The notes beneath the pieces are model-generated. The model was not told the DNA's origin and made no database searches. It saw only the letters and a list, made by a program, of their open reading frames with translations. Positions 27,342 to 37,694 of a DNA stretch of 64,000 nt are shown in pieces. Position numbers and translations under genes: made by a program. The stretch's first letter is position 1. Every line of letters begins with the position of its first letter. The stretch spans positions 1-64,000 of IMG/VR virus record IMGVR_UViG_3300009129_001428; one strand, given 5' to 3'. The stretch comes from a virus (lineage: Duplodnaviria; Caudoviricetes).

Positions 27342-27679
27342 TAGGCAATTAGCGCCCTTGCTAACTCTAGAAGAGAGACTTCTACAATTAATTCAGCCTC
27401 AAGCTTTTCGTACATCTCTTCTTCGGTAAATCCCTCTAGTTGTGCCCATCTTTTTACCTTCTGGTCTTGCATAAAAACCTTTAATGAATCATTTTTTCTA
27501 TCGATCCCTACGCTCGCATAAGCTCCGTTGTCTGAGCTACAAATTAAAACAATATTTCCAGCCTCCGTTTTTACAAACTTTCGGGTAAGAATTTTATTAT
27601 TTTGTTCGCAAAATCGTTTGAGATAAGAAAAGGCTACCTCAAGCCTAGAGTCTAGCTCAGGTTTCGTATTTTCTAACAT
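27341..27679 (-). CDS. Hypothetical protein
   Basis: 112 aa ORF coupled to the GT2 start. Confidence 0.6.
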   Translation of the reverse strand: MLENTKPELDSRLEVAFSYLKRFCEQNNKILTRKFVKTEAGNIVLICSSDNGAYASVGIDRKNDSLKVFMQDQKVKRWAQLEGFTEEEMYEKLEAELIVEVSLLELARALIA

Positions 27680-28028
27680 ATCCTTTTAATAATAAAAAAT
27701 CATTAATATTTAGCTTGCTGTTGTGTTCGACGACTATCAATGTGCCCAATACCCTTCCAAATTTTCCTGTTTTGTCCAGTTTGGTTTGTATGATGATGTC
27801 CTTGTTGTGCAATAACTCCGCTAGCTTATCTTTTGCCCGAAGGCCAAGTTCTTTCTCTGCCATACGCTTTGCTTCATCTTTGATTTTTCTTTGCAACCTT
27901 GTCTCGGGGGCATTGATCCCTAGAAGCCTAATTCGTTTTTTAACAGATATTCCAAAGCCAAGATCAATTAATCCATCAACGGTATCCCCGTCAACGACCC
28001 TATCTAATTTCAAGCCATATTCATACAT
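27657..28028 (-). CDS. Thermonuclease (SNase-like) family protein
   Basis: RVVDGDTVD..IDLGF...RIRLLGINAPE...GKFGRVLG. Confidence 0.9.
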   Translation of the reverse strand: MYEYGLKLDRVVDGDTVDGLIDLGFGISVKKRIRLLGINAPETRLQRKIKDEAKRMAEKELGLRAKDKLAELLHNKDIIIQTKLDKTGKFGRVLGTLIVVEHNSKLNINDFLLLKGYVRKYET

Positions 28029-28242
28029 CTTCTCTTTTCCTCTTGTTATTATATACTAGTTGCAGTATTTCTATAATTTTTTTGTCTCTTACTGGACGAT
28101 AATTTTCGCAATCGACACAGCCTTGCTCTGTGCAGAAGAACTTAGTTTTAATAATGAAACTAAAAAAACCTAGGAGCTTAACTGTTTTGGATAATTCAAT
28201 CTCGTAACCCAAGCCCCTTTTGACAATGTTAGATACATTCAT
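28021..28242 (-). CDS. Hypothetical protein
   Basis: 73 aa ORF coupled on both sides. Confidence 0.55.
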   Translation of the reverse strand: MNVSNIVKRGLGYEIELSKTVKLLGFFSFIIKTKFFCTEQGCVDCENYRPVRDKKIIEILQLVYNNKRKREDV

Positions 28243-28727
28243 TATTGACCGTAGAGGGCATTAAAAATAGACTTAGATTTACTCCTGAGTCTTTGCTTGC
28301 GCTCCGCAGTCTCTTCTTCTCTTTCGGCCCTAAGGCGCTCACGCTCTGCAGCTGCATCAATTAAGGCTTCGTTTTCAGAAGATAGCTGGGATAATTCTTG
28401 CAATAATTCCTCTCTTCTTCTTTCTCTATCTATCGCCTCTTGAGAGTAAGATTCCGTCTCTCTTTCTAAGTCTCTTAATTTACTATGCAGATCTGCTTCT
28501 TCCTTGGCTTGTTCTTCTTTGCGTAAACGATCCGCTTCTTCCTGTTCAGGGGTTCCCCTTGCGCAGATCAAGAATAAAACTTTCTGCGTATCATCTTCGT
28601 TTACAATATCAGCCGTGTAGTCAACCAAGTCTAACCACTGATCCTTATCAAGAGAGACATAGTTTACGCTACCTTTTACTTCTTCAGGTAGCGAACTATC
28701 TGTTACTAATGCATAATCAAGATTCAT
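28242..28727 (-). CDS. Coiled-coil protein
   Basis: Long E/R-rich heptad region. Confidence 0.6.
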   Translation of the reverse strand: MNLDYALVTDSSLPEEVKGSVNYVSLDKDQWLDLVDYTADIVNEDDTQKVLFLICARGTPEQEEADRLRKEEQAKEEADLHSKLRDLERETESYSQEAIDRERRREELLQELSQLSSENEALIDAAAERERLRAEREEETAERKQRLRSKSKSIFNALYGQ

Positions 28728-28743
28728 GATGAATCAAATACAC

Positions 28744-29046
28744 TTATCTAAGTAATTCTGGTACTTCGTCTGTCTCTTGGGCAGAACTATCAGCAGTGGG
28801 AGCTACTTCCTTGGCTGCTTCTGGGCTTGCTTGATCCCTGTCTTCAGACTGGTAAATCACGAAGTCTGGAGCCTTTGGGTTTTTAGCTTTATTTTTATTT
28901 GTAAAAATAACAAGCCTTACCTCTTGCTCAACGCCAAATTCTCCTACCTTAACAAAACCAGAAAGGTAGTTTTGGCTCTTACCCTGTCTCTTCCACAAAG
29001 CGCCCAGTTCACGTTTGCTCCAGTCGTTCTTTTTCTCTTCGCTCAT
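28744..29046 (-). CDS. Putative single-stranded DNA-binding protein (DUF736-like)
   Basis: GALWKR...YLSGFV...VIFTN...KAPDF, acidic flexible tail. Confidence 0.55.
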   Translation of the reverse strand: MSEEKKNDWSKRELGALWKRQGKSQNYLSGFVKVGEFGVEQEVRLVIFTNKNKAKNPKAPDFVIYQSEDRDQASPEAAKEVAPTADSSAQETDEVPELLR

Positions 29047-29065
29047 TTTTTTCCTTTGTTTTAAG

Positions 29066-29266
29066 TTAAACGCCTACTCCAGCGTCAAATAATTGCTTAA
29101 TATTGTTTAAAAATTTTTCTTTGTCGAGTTCATTTAAAGAAGAATACTCTTTCTTTATTGCTTTAAATTTACGCTTTACAATTGGGTCTCCGCCGTTGAA
29201 GCCCATAAGTTTACGGATATATTTTGCTTTACTATTACTCATGATTTCTTTATAAAAAGTGCCCAA
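29066..29266 (-). CDS. Hypothetical protein
   Basis: 66 aa ORF. Confidence 0.55.
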   Translation of the reverse strand: MGTFYKEIMSNSKAKYIRKLMGFNGGDPIVKRKFKAIKKEYSSLNELDKEKFLNNIKQLFDAGVGV

Positions 29267-29309
29267 TACGCTAAAACCGTGGTGGTTATATAAATTATAA
29301 CGTCTTCCA

Positions 29310-29846
29310 TTATCTAAACTCTTTCCTTAATAATCTCCAGCGGTCAGAATCAATCTCCTTACTGCCACTATCTATAGCATACAGCATTTCGATGATTTCG
29401 TCAAGCGAATTATAAATATATTTATGAGGGAACATTCCGAGCATCCATAACGGAGTCTTTTGCTTGCCGCCCTCCATGCTAACAAACACGGGTTTTTTCA
29501 TCCGCACCGCTGTTACGATTTCTTCAGCACTTCCCCAGCTTGCGACATCAGGAACCAAATGAGCTATAATGAAATCGGAGCGGTCTACTAAATTTAAATC
29601 ATATGACCTAATTGTCTTCATTCGCTCAGTAACCCTGTCGTATTGCTTAGTCTTCATCCAAACATCCATTTCTTGGCGAGTAGCCTCGTCCTCTTCTACA
29701 TCTTTAATAAAAGGCTTTTTATAAGGATCAAAACACGTAATGTTCAAAGTCCCAAGTTGCTCAGCAACAGAATCCCTCCAATTTCGCCCACTCAAGTATT
29801 GCATGTGGCCTACGAGGTAGGTCTTTGTTTTATTTAGTAAATTCAT
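29310..29846 (-). CDS. Nucleoside 2-deoxyribosyltransferase-like protein
   Basis: TYLVGHM, FDPY, YDLNLVDRSDFII, GSAEEI..A...KPV. Confidence 0.8.
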   Translation of the reverse strand: MNLLNKTKTYLVGHMQYLSGRNWRDSVAEQLGTLNITCFDPYKKPFIKDVEEDEATRQEMDVWMKTKQYDRVTERMKTIRSYDLNLVDRSDFIIAHLVPDVASWGSAEEIVTAVRMKKPVFVSMEGGKQKTPLWMLGMFPHKYIYNSLDEIIEMLYAIDSGSKEIDSDRWRLLRKEFR

Positions 29847-29855
29847 TATGCTAAT

Positions 29856-29884
29856 ACAGTAGCATAAATCTCGCCAAAGGTCAA
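29856..29884 (-). promoter_or_regulatory. Sigma70-type extended -10 promoter
   Basis: TTGACC-17-(TGC)TACTGT, then 9 nt to ATG. Confidence 0.55.
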
Positions 29885-29885
29885 G

Positions 29886-30248
29886 CTATTTTATTCTTAA
29901 GACCTCCCATTTTACCTTTTTCTCTTTAATTAGGTCTCGCACTTTGCGTTGAGTAGCTGTTAGTTGGGAATTCCCTGTTTTGACTTCCATAAATATTATT
30001 TCATCATCCTCGAAAATAACAAAGTCAATCGGGGTTGCTAAAAATCTGGCCTGTTTGTGGTTGTATTTAAAATCTTTTAATAAGGGAGTGAAGTGCTCGG
30101 CTATCTGTCCCGTTCTAATTTCAGAGCTTTTCTTTTGAGACTGTAGCTTTTTAAATTTCTTATTTAAAATCGACCGATCTCTTCTCCATAACAGCAGTAT
30201 GATACAACAAGCATGTAGGAGCAGTAATAAAATTATTATTTCTTCCAC
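29886..30248 (-). CDS. Holliday junction resolvase-like endonuclease (Endonuc_Holl family)
   Basis: N-terminal TM helix, GQIAEHFTP, RFLATPIDFVIF, FMEVKTGNSQLTATQRKVRD. Confidence 0.85.
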   Translation of the reverse strand: MEEIIILLLLLHACCIILLLWRRDRSILNKKFKKLQSQKKSSEIRTGQIAEHFTPLLKDFKYNHKQARFLATPIDFVIFEDDEIIFMEVKTGNSQLTATQRKVRDLIKEKKVKWEVLRIK

Positions 30249-30406
30249 TTGCAGTAATTCGGGTCTTCGGCTCGCTTTCTTCTCATGTACTCCCGTTTTT
30301 GTTTGCGCCTACGGTCTAAATCCGCATCGTCATATTTCTTTCGGGCGCGAGCCTGAGCCTCTTTGCCTTTTTTGCTAGTCAGATATTTTTTTTGCCTTTC
30401 GCTCAT
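30236..30406 (-). CDS. Small basic protein
   Basis: K/R-rich; start refined to MSERQKK. Confidence 0.5.
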   Translation of the reverse strand: MSERQKKYLTSKKGKEAQARARKKYDDADLDRRRKQKREYMRRKRAEDPNYCKWKK

Positions 30407-32831
30407 TGGCCTTTTTTGCCACAATAATATTGTTTTTAACGTAAATCTCAAAATTTTTATCCTTTGACAATAAAAGAGGGGCTAGGGCCTTTTCTATTCT
30501 GTCTTCAATTAGCCTTTTGATGGGCCTTGCTCCATCTTTCTTTTCAAGAGCTTCCTGGCTTAGTAAAGAAAGCGCTTTGGGCATCACCTTTAATTTAATC
30601 TCTGATTCAAGCAAGCGAGCTTTAAGCTTCTCTATCTCAATCCCTAGAATCTGTTTAATATGTTTTTCTTCAAATGTATTAAAAACAATAATCTCATCGA
30701 GCCTGTTGATGAACTCTGGTTTAAAAAATGACTTTACTTCTTTCATTACTAAGTCTTTAGTGTCGGTACCTGCATCGAGGAAGCCCATGTTTTTCACTCC
30801 CTTTGCTGCGCTAGCTCCAATGTTACCAGTAAGAATAATGATGCAATTTGCAAAACTAGTTTCCCTCCCAAAATTATCAGTCAACTTTCCTTCTTCTAGA
30901 ATTTGTAGTAACATCTGACAGACGCTAGGGTCGGCCTTTTCTATTTCGTCGAATAAAATAACAGAATAAGGATTCTTCTTAACTTTTTCTGTGAGTTGGC
31001 CTCCCTCTTCATAGCCAATATACCCTGGGGAAGCTCCCACCATGCGAGTTGCAGAGATTTTTTCAGAATACTCTGACATGTCTAATTGAATTAGCTTACT
31101 GTCTCCCCCAAAGACTTCCCGCGCTAAGGTTTTAGCCAAAAAAGTCTTTCCTACCCCACTTGTCCCTAAGCAAAGAAACGCTCCAAAGGGTTTGTTTTTT
31201 TGTTTTAAGGGAGTGTGGCCTCTTAATAGGCAGTTATATACTTTATCTAATACTTCGTCCTGCCCGATAATAATCTTTCTTAGCCGCTTGTTCAGGCTAT
31301 GAAATCTCTCTTTGGACGCATTATATAAAGACTGCAGTGGCACTTTAGCCTTTTGTGAAACAGCTTCAAATACAGCATTCTCTTTAACTATTATTTTAGC
31401 CAGTTCTTTTTTGTTCGCCCATTCTATAAGTATCTCTTGATAACTTTCGAATAAATCCTGCTGTTTCTCCTTGATGGCCTCATTATTGGGATTTTCATCC
31501 TCCTCCATCATTAGCACCTCTATCTCCGCCTCAATATCTTTTGCGCTTTGGGGTCGTTGATAATGAAGAATCTTAGTCTTAGCTCCAGCTTGGTCCAGTA
31601 GGTCAATGGCCTTGTCGGGGAAGTTCTTGCCTCCCATGTACTTGTCCGACAGGTTAACGCAGAGTTCTAGCGCTCGGTCGCTATATTTAACCCCATGAAA
31701 ATCTTCGTAGTGTTGCTTGATCCCTTTTAATATTTCTAAAGCTTCTTTTTTTGATGGCTCCTCGATTTTAACTGCTTGGAAGCGCCTGTCCAAAGCCCCG
31801 TCTTTAGCTATTGTTTTTTTGTGTTCCTCATGCGTGGTCGCTCCAATACAAACAAGCTCTCCCCTCGCTAGGGCTGGCTTGAACATGTTTGCAGCATCCA
31901 TAGTGCCCTCTGCGCTTCCAGCGCCAACAATAGTATGAATTTCATCAATAAATAAAATGACATGGTCTACTTGCGAGACCTCTTTAATGATCTTTTTTAA
32001 GCGTTCCTCAAACTGGCCTCTGTATTTCGTACCCGCTATAAGCATCCCCAGATCTAGCCCATAAATAATTTTATTTAATAAATATTCTGGGGCCTCTCCT
32101 TGAACGATTTGTGCCGCTAAGCCCTCTACTATAGCGGTCTTGCCTACTCCTGGATCTCCAATTAGAATAGGATTGTTTTTCTTTTTCTGGCATAAAATCT
32201 CGCAAGTTTCTCTAATTTCCTCAGTCCTCCCTACAACTTTATCTATTTTTTTATTAACCACTAATTCATTAAAATTAACAGCAAATTTAGGTAGATACTC
32301 TACTCGTGCGCCAGGCTCAGGCAGGCTCTCTAGGGGATCTTCTCTTGCGCCCATATATGGCGACTCCATTGTTTCTGAATCTAAATCAGAAAAGTGCCTT
32401 TTCATTGCGGCGGCGATAAGCTTGGGGTCAATGCCTGTTTCGACGGCATACACATTGATTGGCGACTCAGTGTACTGGGAGAGCGCTAAAAATAAATGCT
32501 CTAGGCCTATGTACCCGTGCCCAAGCTTTTCTGCGCAGGCCGCAGCAATGGATAGAGATTGCTTGGCTGAATGAGAAAAAGCGAAAGTATCCGCCTCTTG
32601 TTGTGGAAAATTTTTATTCGCCTCAATTAAAGATAAGACATAAGTCTCTAGCGAACCCTCATCTATTTGAGATTTCTTCAGGATTCTTGCAATCGCTTCT
32701 GCTTTTATTGCGAGTACGCCATAGGCTAAATGATTAATGTCTATAACACTACTAGAGCTTTCTTTTGCTGTCTCTTTTGCTATTTCAATGGCTTCTTGCG
32801 CCCGAGGCGTAAAATTAGGTACTGTCTCCAT
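30375..32831 (-). CDS. clpC: ClpC/ClpA-type Hsp100 ATPase subunit of Clp protease
   Basis: N-domain NFTPRAQ/GLEHL, NBD1 GDPGVGKT + FIDEIH, short middle domain, NBD2 GTSGVGKT + FDEIEKA, ClpP-docking MGF loop, [15 protein letters not shown]; start refined to METVP. Confidence 0.93.
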   Translation of the reverse strand: METVPNFTPRAQEAIEIAKETAKESSSSVIDINHLAYGVLAIKAEAIARILKKSQIDEGSLETYVLSLIEANKNFPQQEADTFAFSHSAKQSLSIAAACAEKLGHGYIGLEHLFLALSQYTESPINVYAVETGIDPKLIAAAMKRHFSDLDSETMESPYMGAREDPLESLPEPGARVEYLPKFAVNFNELVVNKKIDKVVGRTEEIRETCEILCQKKKNNPILIGDPGVGKTAIVEGLAAQIVQGEAPEYLLNKIIYGLDLGMLIAGTKYRGQFEERLKKIIKEVSQVDHVILFIDEIHTIVGAGSAEGTMDAANMFKPALARGELVCIGATTHEEHKKTIAKDGALDRRFQAVKIEEPSKKEALEILKGIKQHYEDFHGVKYSDRALELCVNLSDKYMGGKNFPDKAIDLLDQAGAKTKILHYQRPQSAKDIEAEIEVLMMEEDENPNNEAIKEKQQDLFESYQEILIEWANKKELAKIIVKENAVFEAVSQKAKVPLQSLYNASKERFHSLNKRLRKIIIGQDEVLDKVYNCLLRGHTPLKQKNKPFGAFLCLGTSGVGKTFLAKTLAREVFGGDSKLIQLDMSEYSEKISATRMVGASPGYIGYEEGGQLTEKVKKNPYSVILFDEIEKADPSVCQMLLQILEEGKLTDNFGRETSFANCIIILTGNIGASAAKGVKNMGFLDAGTDTKDLVMKEVKSFFKPEFINRLDEIIVFNTFEEKHIKQILGIEIEKLKARLLESEIKLKVMPKALSLLSQEALEKKDGARPIKRLIEDRIEKALAPLLLSKDKNFEIYVKNNIIVAKKANERKAKKISD

Positions 32832-32842
32832 ATTGTATGTAT

Positions 32843-32849
32843 TTACACT
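32843..32849 (-). promoter_or_regulatory. AGTGTAA motif upstream of clpC
   Basis: AGTGTAA, then 11 nt to ATG 32831. Confidence 0.55.
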
Positions 32850-35427
32850 ATTTAATATCTCCAAGTTTCATGTAGATTTGTTCGTCTATTACTGATATAT
32901 TATCTAAGAATAAAATGTCATCGCCCTTTCTCGCTGTAAAAACGACAATACTATCCTTTTTGGGGAGCTTATTCTTTTCTAAAAAGCGGTCTACCCTATT
33001 GTTTTGCTGCCATCTCCCATTAACCTGGCTTCTCCCATTTAAAAGCAGGCCATCGGTTGTTGCCGTTTCGTCTGAAACCGTAAACCTAATGTAGTCATTG
33101 CCATTGCGGCTCCTGCGTTTAATAACATCCTGCACTACTCCAATAAATTTTCCCCTATCTCTTTCTTCCATCTCTGTAGCATATAATAAATTATTTACAT
33201 CTGCATCTCTAAATACTTCTGTCAGTTTATATGTATAACTGTAACCTAAAAGCTTTCTCTCAAAATACCAATTAGCGAACTGTTCGTGGCTCTTATTTTG
33301 CAAATAAATCTTTTTATAAGCCCCATACTTCTTCTTGAATGTCCCAAATCTTTTTTCTGGCATTAATATTCTTCCGTCGTCTCCGAGCATCTTTGTCCTC
33401 TGTGTTTCTGCTATGCAATCAAGTAGTTGGTAGTTTTTCTTTTCTCCCATTTCTACAAAATTACGTTTCTCTCGGTCAGTTAAAATATTAAAAGCCTGCG
33501 CTTCTAATACCAGCAATGACCTGCTCCCGTTCGAACACGAAGACATCGCTCCTGCTTGAATTAAGGCAGACAAGGTTCCTATGTTTAAGCCCGCGCTCTT
33601 GGCTGTTAAAAATATATCATATTTATTTGACCTCTCAGAATCCCTAAAATCTTTTAAGTTTTGTAATGATTTTTCGCTAATACCTTTTATGCTATTCAGC
33701 CCATATCTTATATTTTTGCCTTCAATAGTAAAATCCATATCGGACTTGATTAAGTCTGGAGGTAAAAGTTTAATGTCAAAATAAGGCAGCTCTTGAGAGA
33801 TCTTGCATATCTCGTCATATGGAGAAGGCTCAAACTTGGTCATTTTTAATAATGACTGAAAAAATTGTAATGGATATTTGAACTTTAAATAGGTCGTCCA
33901 CGCCGCTAAAGTGGCATATGATATGGAGTGACTTTTATTAAAAGAGTAATTAGCGCTATCCTCTGCTACTTTCCATAGTACCTCTCCAGCCTCATGAGGG
34001 AAATTATTTTCTATAATCTTTTGTTCGATTTTGCTTTTCCATGTAGACATCTCTTCCACCTTTTTCTTCCCAACAATACGCCTAAGTTGTTCCGCTTCAT
34101 CGAGGCTGAAGCCAACTTTTACCGCCATTTTCATTAATTGCTCTTGATAAAGAGGAATCCCCCCTGTATACGAGAGAATGTCGTCAAAAAATGGATGCAC
34201 GCTTTGGGACTCTCCAGTAGAAGCGAATTTTACGAAGCTATCCATAAAGTCTAGTGCTCCTGGCCTTCCGATTGCTACTACTGCGCTCAGCATTTCTAGG
34301 TTGTTGGGCTTAACTTTCCGACAAACTTTAAAATTTGTATCTGCTTCTATCTGGAAAAGCCCATGCGGGCATCTTAGTCCATCCCTCAAGGGCTTAAAAA
34401 CCTCCTTCTTCTCAACAGAAATAGAGTCTACGTCTAAATCAAGAGTGTTACAGACATCATAGATCACGCTTAAAGTTCTTAAGCCTAATATATCAAATTT
34501 AACCATGAGTTCCGCAACCCAGTTCATGTCGTAGCCGCTAACTAGACCGCCGTCGTTCGTGCTTTGTAGCGGACAAATTTCTTCTAATTTTTGAAATGAA
34601 ATAGCAATGCCTGAGGGGTGTACTCCTGTATTCTTATTTAGCCCCTCAAGCTTCTTCGCTACTTTGAAGGTGGCGGGATTATCTGTTACCCAATCCTGAA
34701 ACTTCTCGCTCTCTTCGTTTGCTTCGTCGAGGGGCGCAACTTTACCAAATTTTTTAGGAATATAATCGCTCACAATGTTTACGTCTTGTTCCGAGTAGTT
34801 CCCCACGATCTTGCCGCACTCTTTAATGCAAAGTTTGCTGCTTAACGTATTTAGGGTTAAAATATTACAAGTCCTTGCTGGATACCTGCGCTCAATAAAA
34901 GAAACTACCTCCTGCCTGCGCTCATAAGAAATGTCATTGTCGATATCTGCTAGAAGCGACCCGTCAAGATAGGTTACTCCGTCTCCTTCTATTTTTCTTG
35001 CCCTGCTTTTGCTTACGAATCTTTCGAAATATAAATCATATTTTACTGGATCAATATTAGTGACTTCAATTAAATATAATACCAAAGATCCTGCGGCCGA
35101 GCCTCTCCCTGGCCCCGTAGGGATGTCGTTTTCCCCGCAAAAATTATGTACATCCCAGTTTAATAGTATGTAGTCTACAAAACCGAGGTCATCTAGGATG
35201 TCTAGCTCTTGCTTTGCTCTCTCGTAATAAGACTCTTTGTTTTTAAAATTATTAATACCCCGCTTCTTTATTCCTTCCCAGCAAAGCCTTTTCAAGAAAT
35301 CAAAGTTAGAAATCGTAGATTCCACGCCGAGCCTTTCGTAAAACCTGTCTTCTATTTTGATCTCTGGAAGCCTAACGCCAGGAGGGCAAGCGCCTTCATA
35401 ATGAGTAAAGCCTTCAAAGAAACTCAT
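32848..35427 (-). CDS. dnaE: DNA polymerase III alpha (DnaE) catalytic core lacking the PHP domain
   Basis: [48 protein letters not shown]-terminal OB fold; ATGA-coupled start 35427. Confidence 0.95.
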   Translation of the reverse strand: MSFFEGFTHYEGACPPGVRLPEIKIEDRFYERLGVESTISNFDFLKRLCWEGIKKRGINNFKNKESYYERAKQELDILDDLGFVDYILLNWDVHNFCGENDIPTGPGRGSAAGSLVLYLIEVTNIDPVKYDLYFERFVSKSRARKIEGDGVTYLDGSLLADIDNDISYERRQEVVSFIERRYPARTCNILTLNTLSSKLCIKECGKIVGNYSEQDVNIVSDYIPKKFGKVAPLDEANEESEKFQDWVTDNPATFKVAKKLEGLNKNTGVHPSGIAISFQKLEEICPLQSTNDGGLVSGYDMNWVAELMVKFDILGLRTLSVIYDVCNTLDLDVDSISVEKKEVFKPLRDGLRCPHGLFQIEADTNFKVCRKVKPNNLEMLSAVVAIGRPGALDFMDSFVKFASTGESQSVHPFFDDILSYTGGIPLYQEQLMKMAVKVGFSLDEAEQLRRIVGKKKVEEMSTWKSKIEQKIIENNFPHEAGEVLWKVAEDSANYSFNKSHSISYATLAAWTTYLKFKYPLQFFQSLLKMTKFEPSPYDEICKISQELPYFDIKLLPPDLIKSDMDFTIEGKNIRYGLNSIKGISEKSLQNLKDFRDSERSNKYDIFLTAKSAGLNIGTLSALIQAGAMSSCSNGSRSLLVLEAQAFNILTDREKRNFVEMGEKKNYQLLDCIAETQRTKMLGDDGRILMPEKRFGTFKKKYGAYKKIYLQNKSHEQFANWYFERKLLGYSYTYKLTEVFRDADVNNLLYATEMEERDRGKFIGVVQDVIKRRSRNGNDYIRFTVSDETATTDGLLLNGRSQVNGRWQQNNRVDRFLEKNKLPKKDSIVVFTARKGDDILFLDNISVIDEQIYMKLGDIK

Positions 35428-36062
35428 ATCTCTACCTCCCATATCTGCCTACGAAATATTTGATAGTTCATTTTTACATCGTAAATCGCATCGTGCAATT
35501 TCCTTTGGTCAAATTTAAGATCGTAAGATTTACATAAAGCGGTAATGCTGGCCTTCATTCCTCTTTGTCTAAATGAAGTTAGCTTGTACTGCCAAGACAA
35601 AAGCTTATCCTTGGGCGGTTTAATGTCTTTGTGAATAGCCTTCGCTATGCATAAGGTATCAATCAGATTGTTTAGGTATGAATAATCTGGCTTCTTGCCT
35701 AAGGCTCTACGAAAAATAGAATGAATATAGACATCAAAGCCTAGCAGATTGTGCCCGAGCTTAATATAGGCTGGGTCATAAAGGTATCTTTCCATGAATT
35801 CCAGTACTTTTTCTGGCTCAACCGCCTCCTTGTCGTATTTTTTTCTATTAAATCCTGTAATTTTCGCCGCATCTGCCGAGACCTCTAGGTTGTCCCACTT
35901 AATTAAAAAATCATATTCTTTTTTTACTTTGTCTCCTTCGCATAAAATAAACCCCAATTGCCAAGGCTTGTTGTTCTTTCTACATAGATTGAGGCTGCAG
36001 GTCTCAAAATCAAATACCATATATTTTTGTTTATTATTAAATCTAAGCAATTGTTCTTTCAT
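35424..36062 (-). CDS. DEDDh 3'-5' exonuclease (Pol III epsilon-like)
   Basis: VFDFET, GHNLLGFD, IDTL, HDAIYDV; leaderless start at 36062. Confidence 0.9.
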   Translation of the reverse strand: MKEQLLRFNNKQKYMVFDFETCSLNLCRKNNKPWQLGFILCEGDKVKKEYDFLIKWDNLEVSADAAKITGFNRKKYDKEAVEPEKVLEFMERYLYDPAYIKLGHNLLGFDVYIHSIFRRALGKKPDYSYLNNLIDTLCIAKAIHKDIKPPKDKLLSWQYKLTSFRQRGMKASITALCKSYDLKFDQRKLHDAIYDVKMNYQIFRRQIWEVEI

Positions 36063-36069
36063 CTTTGGT

Positions 36070-36098
36070 ATTTTACTATATTCTCTCTTGGCAGTCAA
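36070..36098 (-). promoter_or_regulatory. Sigma70-type promoter for exonuclease-dnaE, leaderless
   Basis: TTGACT-17-TAAAAT, then 7 nt to ATG. Confidence 0.75.
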
Positions 36099-36121
36099 TA
36101 AAATTGTGTAAATATCTATAT

Positions 36122-36562
36122 ATGAACGAAATTAGTATCATTACCGCCGTAGCAATCTGTATTTGTGGGGCTTTCGTTACTGGCTCTGTGGCATTCGTTA
36201 TTAAATCCTTAATGAATGATATTAAACAGGCAGAAGTCACAGCTGAAAAGGGAATGGAGTTTGTCAGGTCTGAAATATTTGGATTAAGAAAGTCTCTAGA
36301 CGCTTTTAAGTCCGAAGAGAGGCATAAGGATGATGAGCTAAAGGTGGCAATAGATCAAACCAAAAAAGAATTAAGAGAGGAATCTCGAGCAGATAGATTA
36401 TATGTCGATAGCACAAAAAAAGAACTAAAAGAAGAAATGCATTATTATTGGAGCAAGGCAGAAAATGTTTTAGAGGCTCGGAGGCAAGACGTATATATGA
36501 TACATAAAAAAATCGACACCATAAAAGACGAAACCCTAAAAAAGCTGGACGACCTTAAGTAA
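36122..36562 (+). CDS. Opposite-strand protein with N-terminal TM helix and long coiled coil
   Basis: MNEISIITAVAICICGAFVTGSVAFVI then heptads; GTGTAA at 36106-36111, 10 nt upstream. Confidence 0.7.
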   Translation: MNEISIITAVAICICGAFVTGSVAFVIKSLMNDIKQAEVTAEKGMEFVRSEIFGLRKSLDAFKSEERHKDDELKVAIDQTKKELREESRADRLYVDSTKKELKEEMHYYWSKAENVLEARRQDVYMIHKKIDTIKDETLKKLDDLK

Positions 36563-37286
36563 CCACCTCTTTTCTCCAGCTTTCAAAAGAAAATTGATCG
36601 CTGCCTTGATGGTCGAAATTAGGGCAATCTAAAGTTCTGGACTTAAACCCGCGATTGCAGATGCATTTGTAGGACTGGTATGCCGAAAAGTCCTTTTCTG
36701 TCGGGTAGTAAATGCTTTTTGCTTGTTGAGTGGTATATTTATTTTTAGAGCAATAAGATTCAATCTCCTCTTTTACTAATCGGTCAAATGGCAAGTTATT
36801 GTCCTCAATCAAAAACACAGGAGATGTAAATGAGAAATCGGGAGTACAAGTAGAAAAGTGCATCGTGTTATTAAAAATAAAAGAATCATAAAAGGGGATT
36901 GCTAGCTTCAAGTCATCGTCCGACCAAACCTCTCTAAGAAAATTCTCATCCAAAACGCCGCCCGTTTCTACAAATGCATTAGAGTATATTAGGTTTAGCT
37001 TTTGACAGCCCATCGAGTTTTTTGCAAAGACAATAATCTTATGCTTGCAATCTTCTGATTGGGTTGGATTGTTGGAAATCTCCACCCTTAAACCAAACCT
37101 AAGTTTTCTCCCCTCTTCATCAAAAGCTTTCCTGGCTTCTAAAAAACCAATTAAAGAATCTTCAACTAAAACAACCTCTTCTAGCTCGGCGTCTCGAGCT
37201 AGGGAAAGAATACTCCGATCCGTGTCTTGTTCAAGCGTAAGAATACTGCGACCGATTGAATAATGGGATTTAAATAAAGGAATCAT
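36555..37286 (-). CDS. Stand-alone PHP domain of DnaE
   Basis: PLFKSHYSIGRSIL, GLRVEI, IIVFAKNSMGCQKLNLIYS; matches the DnaE N-terminal PHP pattern with degenerate metal ligands. Confidence 0.8.
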   Translation of the reverse strand: MIPLFKSHYSIGRSILTLEQDTDRSILSLARDAELEEVVLVEDSLIGFLEARKAFDEEGRKLRFGLRVEISNNPTQSEDCKHKIIVFAKNSMGCQKLNLIYSNAFVETGGVLDENFLREVWSDDDLKLAIPFYDSFIFNNTMHFSTCTPDFSFTSPVFLIEDNNLPFDRLVKEEIESYCSKNKYTTQQAKSIYYPTEKDFSAYQSYKCICNRGFKSRTLDCPNFDHQGSDQFSFESWRKEVVT

Positions 37287-37292
37287 TTTTAT

Positions 37293-37321
37293 AGAATACC
37301 AAACTTTTGCTTGTTAGTCAA
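37293..37321 (-). promoter_or_regulatory. Sigma70-type extended -10 promoter, leaderless
   Basis: TTGACT-17-(TGG)TATTCT, then 6 nt to ATG. Confidence 0.75.
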
Positions 37322-37694
37322 TAAGTTTTTTTATGTCGGAAAGTAGGTTGGCGTCTATGGGTTTGAGCTTTATTAATTCAGGCTTGGTAAAATAGGCATA
37401 TCCTACGTGCTCTATGTCTAGCACTGGATAGTACATAAGGGGTGATTTGTAGTAATATAGTCCAAAATTATTAATATTAGAGATAAGTTTTAATTGTTGA
37501 GTGCTTAAATCTATACGGGTCTCTTCGTATAATTCCCGAAGCGCAGCTAGCTGGGGGGATTCTCCTTTTTCTATATGGCCTGCGGGAACTGACCAAAAAT
37601 TAGGATAAACTGCAGCGTTTGGCGCTCTTTTACATAATAAAAACGCTCCGCTGCATTCAATGAGTACCCCGACTGATTTAAAGGTCAAACTCAT
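37314..37694 (-). CDS. NUDIX hydrolase
   Basis: Nudix box WSVPAGHIEKGESPQLAALRELYEETRI; start refined to MSLTF. Confidence 0.9.
   Translation of the reverse strand: MSLTFKSVGVLIECSGAFLLCKRAPNAAVYPNFWSVPAGHIEKGESPQLAALRELYEETRIDLSTQQLKLISNINNFGLYYYKSPLMYYPVLDIEHVGYAYFTKPELIKLKPIDANLLSDIKKLID

Noticed and set aside
30517-32737. Plus-strand ORFs antisense to clpC, and similar ones antisense to dnaE, dnaB, nrdB and GT genes
   Set aside because: Entirely nested opposite well-supported genes, with no motifs or promoter signals.
35400-36600. Split-intein explanation for the fragmented DnaE
   Set aside because: No Cys/Ser-initiated N-intein block or terminal His-Asn at the fragment ends.
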